DNA of 64,000 nt from Saprolegnia diclina VS20 (taxonomy: Eukaryota), in contig NW_008246154.1 of NCBI RefSeq assembly GCF_000281045.1, forward strand, positions 19,781 to 83,780. Direction: 5' to 3'. Within the stretch, counting starts at the first letter, position 1, and each line of letters starts with the position of its first letter. The notes under the pieces are model-generated. The model saw only the letters and a list, made by a program, of their open reading frames with translations, was not told the DNA's origin and made no database searches. Positions 61,431-64,000 of this stretch are shown in pieces. The translations under genes were made by a program, and so were the position numbers.

Positions 61431-62221
61431 ATTCGAGTGTTTGCTCGCAACGCGATTATAGCCGACGATTGTATGCAAACTAGAGACATATGCTATTATC
61501 GCTTTCAACGACGGTCGACAGCAAGGTCCTATCGAGTTGCCGAGACTGCACCGGAAGCGTCGGTGCAACAGAACACAACCGTGCAGGATAGCGTCCGAGT
61601 ACGACGTGGCCTCCATGCGATGACGCGCACGGCAATGATGCATCACGCACACCAAAACTACAACGACTCGTTATAAGGGCTTGTGAAAGTCGAAGGCAAC
61701 AGTAGACCAGTAGACGCGATAGGCCAGGGATCGCCACGCACACAGAGACAAAGTTGTAGCGCTGCTGAGCCACAACGATGCTTGTACCTCATCAGCGTGT
61801 TAGCCACTCCCGACACTATATCCCGCAAAGCCTTGGCAAGCGAGTTGCACTCAAGGACAGCGTGCGTGGCGTGCACGTACGTTGCCAGCCATGGTTGCCA
61901 GCAGTTGATTGCACTTGCAGCAAAAGAGGCTGCCATATGCTCGACGGTCAACACGCCACTCTTGCCCTCGTACCGAAGAAAGGTATGCGTATATTGCACG
62001 GTCGTGGGAGGAGCTCACCTACTAAATGTCCAGGGTCATGACCTCGCCATGCGATCCCGAAGGCGGCGACGGCGGCGGTCCATCGCTTGGATGCTGGCGC
62101 CAACGGCAACTTCAACGATCATCGTAGAGCCAAGCAGTAGCCAATCAAACGCCGCGCAGGCACGTGAGTGGCAGCGTATCCGGATGGCGCCTGTTTTCCG
62201 CAGAGTTCATTCTTGGGACGC

Positions 62222-63607
62222 ATGGGGCTGCTTGCGGACGCGTCGCTGCTGCCGATGGGCCTCTTGAGCCTCTACTTCATCCAGGCGTTTAGCCTCAGCT
62301 TCCCGATGACGGCCTACATCTCGTGGGTCTCGGACACGATCCACATGTCGCCGGCGACCACAAGCTTTTACTACGCGCTGACGTTTTTCCCATGGAACCT
62401 CAAACCGCTCTACGCGCTCCTCTCGGACAACGTGCCGCTCTTTGGGTACCACCGCAAGTCGTACATTGTCCTCTGCGAGATCGTTTCGTGCGCCTGCATC
62501 CTCCTCACGGGTCTCTGCGTGCGCAGCGTCACTGGCGCGTTCGTCGTCAAGTTTCTCGACTCGGCCTGCGAGGCCTTTACGCAGATGATGCTCGGCATCG
62601 TCCTTGTCGACGTCGCGTCCGGCGACCGCGAGAAGAGCAGCAACGTGCAGTCGTGGGCCAACGCGGCCAAGAACGGCGCGTCGATCGTCGCGCTCCTCGC
62701 GGGTATCCCGGTCTACGCCATCAAGGACCTGCCCGCGACCACGGTCATTACATGGTCGTCGGTGATTCCGCTGCTTGGTATTCTCATTGCACTCTATCTC
62801 TTGCATGAAAACAAATCGGCCAAGCGCGTGGCGACGCCGACGCACCACCCGTCATCATTGGCCGAATTACTGTCGACCAAGTGGCACGCGCTGCAAACAA
62901 CGGTTGCCCGCATGCTCCACGAACAAGCCGCGTACATTCCGGTCATGGTCTTCTTCTTCCTTTGCTCGGCGCTGCCGAGTGGCGGGACTGTCTGGTACCA
63001 GTACACGTACTTTTTGCTGAAAAACGAGCTGCAGTGCCTCCAATATTCGTCGCTCGCTGGCATGGTCGGCCGCGTCGTCTCGTGTGCGATCTACGCCCGC
63101 TGCACGCGCGGTGTCGGCATCCGCACTGTCTTTGGCGTTTCGACCGTGCTCATGACACTTGCAAGCCTCCCACAATTGCTCTTGGCGCCGCCCATGGACG
63201 TCGCGACGCTGCCCGTGGATGTCTGCACCTTTTGCGCGCTCGAGTCGTTTGTGACGGCGTTCGCTGGGGAGTTTGCACTCCTCCAGCTGCTCGTGGTCGC
63301 CACGACCTTTTGCCCGCGCAAGAAGGAGCTCCACGGACTCACGTACGCGCTGTACCTCTCGTTCATGGACTTTGGCGGTGTCGTGAGCGCGTTCTTCTCT
63401 GCGCTCTTGGTGTCGGCTCTCGGGATCACGCAAAATCCTATCACATTCGCCATCGACTATAGCAACCTCTGGCTGCTGCTCGTGCTCGGCGCGATCTTTC
63501 AAGTTGCGATCCTCGCCTTTCTGTGCTTGCTCCCGCGCCAGCTCGAAGATGCGACGAGTGGCGACGAGCCGGAAGCTAAAGCGCTTTTGCCGTCGTCCGA
63601 GGCCTGA
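62222..63607 (+). CDS. Folate-biopterin transporter (BT1/FBT), divergent member
   Basis: FPWNLKPLYALLSDNVPLFGYHRKSY, FCPRKKELHGLTYALYLSFMDFGG, YSNLWLL. Confidence 0.9.
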   Translation: MGLLADASLLPMGLLSLYFIQAFSLSFPMTAYISWVSDTIHMSPATTSFYYALTFFPWNLKPLYALLSDNVPLFGYHRKSYIVLCEIVSCACILLTGLCVRSVTGAFVVKFLDSACEAFTQMMLGIVLVDVASGDREKSSNVQSWANAAKNGASIVALLAGIPVYAIKDLPATTVITWSSVIPLLGILIALYLLHENKSAKRVATPTHHPSSLAELLSTKWHALQTTVARMLHEQAAYIPVMVFFFLCSALPSGGTVWYQYTYFLLKNELQCLQYSSLAGMVGRVVSCAIYARCTRGVGIRTVFGVSTVLMTLASLPQLLLAPPMDVATLPVDVCTFCALESFVTAFAGEFALLQLLVVATTFCPRKKELHGLTYALYLSFMDFGGVVSAFFSALLVSALGITQNPITFAIDYSNLWLLLVLGAIFQVAILAFLCLLPRQLEDATSGDEPEAKALLPSSEA

Positions 63608-63687
63608 GACTCCTAGTCTCTACTAGAAGAGAATATAGAGTGTGCAGAGAAATATACACGCCTGATGTTACGGACATACTAGTACGA

Positions 63688-63978
63688 CTACGAGGCCTCG
63701 ACCCGATGGCGCTTGGGAAATGGCTCCATGGTGTCGACACTGGTCGCGAGCAGCGCATCGAGCATCGCAACACGCTGCATATCGTCTTCGTACTGCTTGA
63801 GACGGCGATCGTGGACCTCCACTTGGTGTGCGGTGGCGCGACTCCGCTTTGCAACGATGTGGTGTCGGGCTGCATGCGATGCAATGTCCTCGAACACGAG
63901 CAGCGTAAAGGTCCCGTAGCTGACGCCGTCGACCGCCGTGAGCCCGTCCACGTCCGGCTCGGCGTCGGGCACGAAAAA
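63688..63978 (-). CDS. Last exon of a gene that starts beyond the window; product unknown
   Basis: Open frame after a CAG acceptor, ending ...PKRHRVEAS-stop. Confidence 0.45.
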   Translation of the reverse strand, partial: FFVPDAEPDVDGLTAVDGVSYGTFTLLVFEDIASHAARHHIVAKRSRATAHQVEVHDRRLKQYEDDMQRVAMLDALLATSVDTMEPFPKRHRVEAS

Positions 63979-64000
63979 CTGTCTTCATTTGCATCAATGA

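Overview
This is gene-dense, GC-rich eukaryotic DNA with short GT-AG introns (typically 40-60 bp) and two N-gaps (37451-37706, 40122-40321). Gene content, intron style and CCAAT-rich promoters suggest an oomycete, probably Saprolegnia-like (inference). About 30 loci can be reconstructed by hand-splicing. They include Arp3, eEF3, BCAS2/SPF27, threonine dehydrogenase, tafazzin, a membrane-anchored GH5, a PH-RasGEF, PX, RING, PHD, CRAMP1/TKI1-like, RCC1-repeat and PH proteins, and five BT1/FBT folate-biopterin transporters. A pirin pseudogene and two damaged Fe/2OG-like paralogs are also present. Three unusual multidomain signalling proteins appear only after splicing: (1) a PDK1-like kinase fused to an apparently dead CPPED1-like metallophosphoesterase; (2) an ARL13-type ciliary GTPase with two Dpy-30/RIIa-like docking domains, a Tudor-like domain and a Cys-rich tail; (3) a multi-pass membrane protein with two tandem TKL kinase domains. 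Non-coding signals include a recurrent CCGGATA promoter motif, a perfect 18-bp hairpin, an 8-bp duplication that frameshifts one transporter, and a probable gene-conversion tract. No CRISPR array, rRNA or intact transposon was seen. All family calls come from motif recognition by eye, not from database searches.
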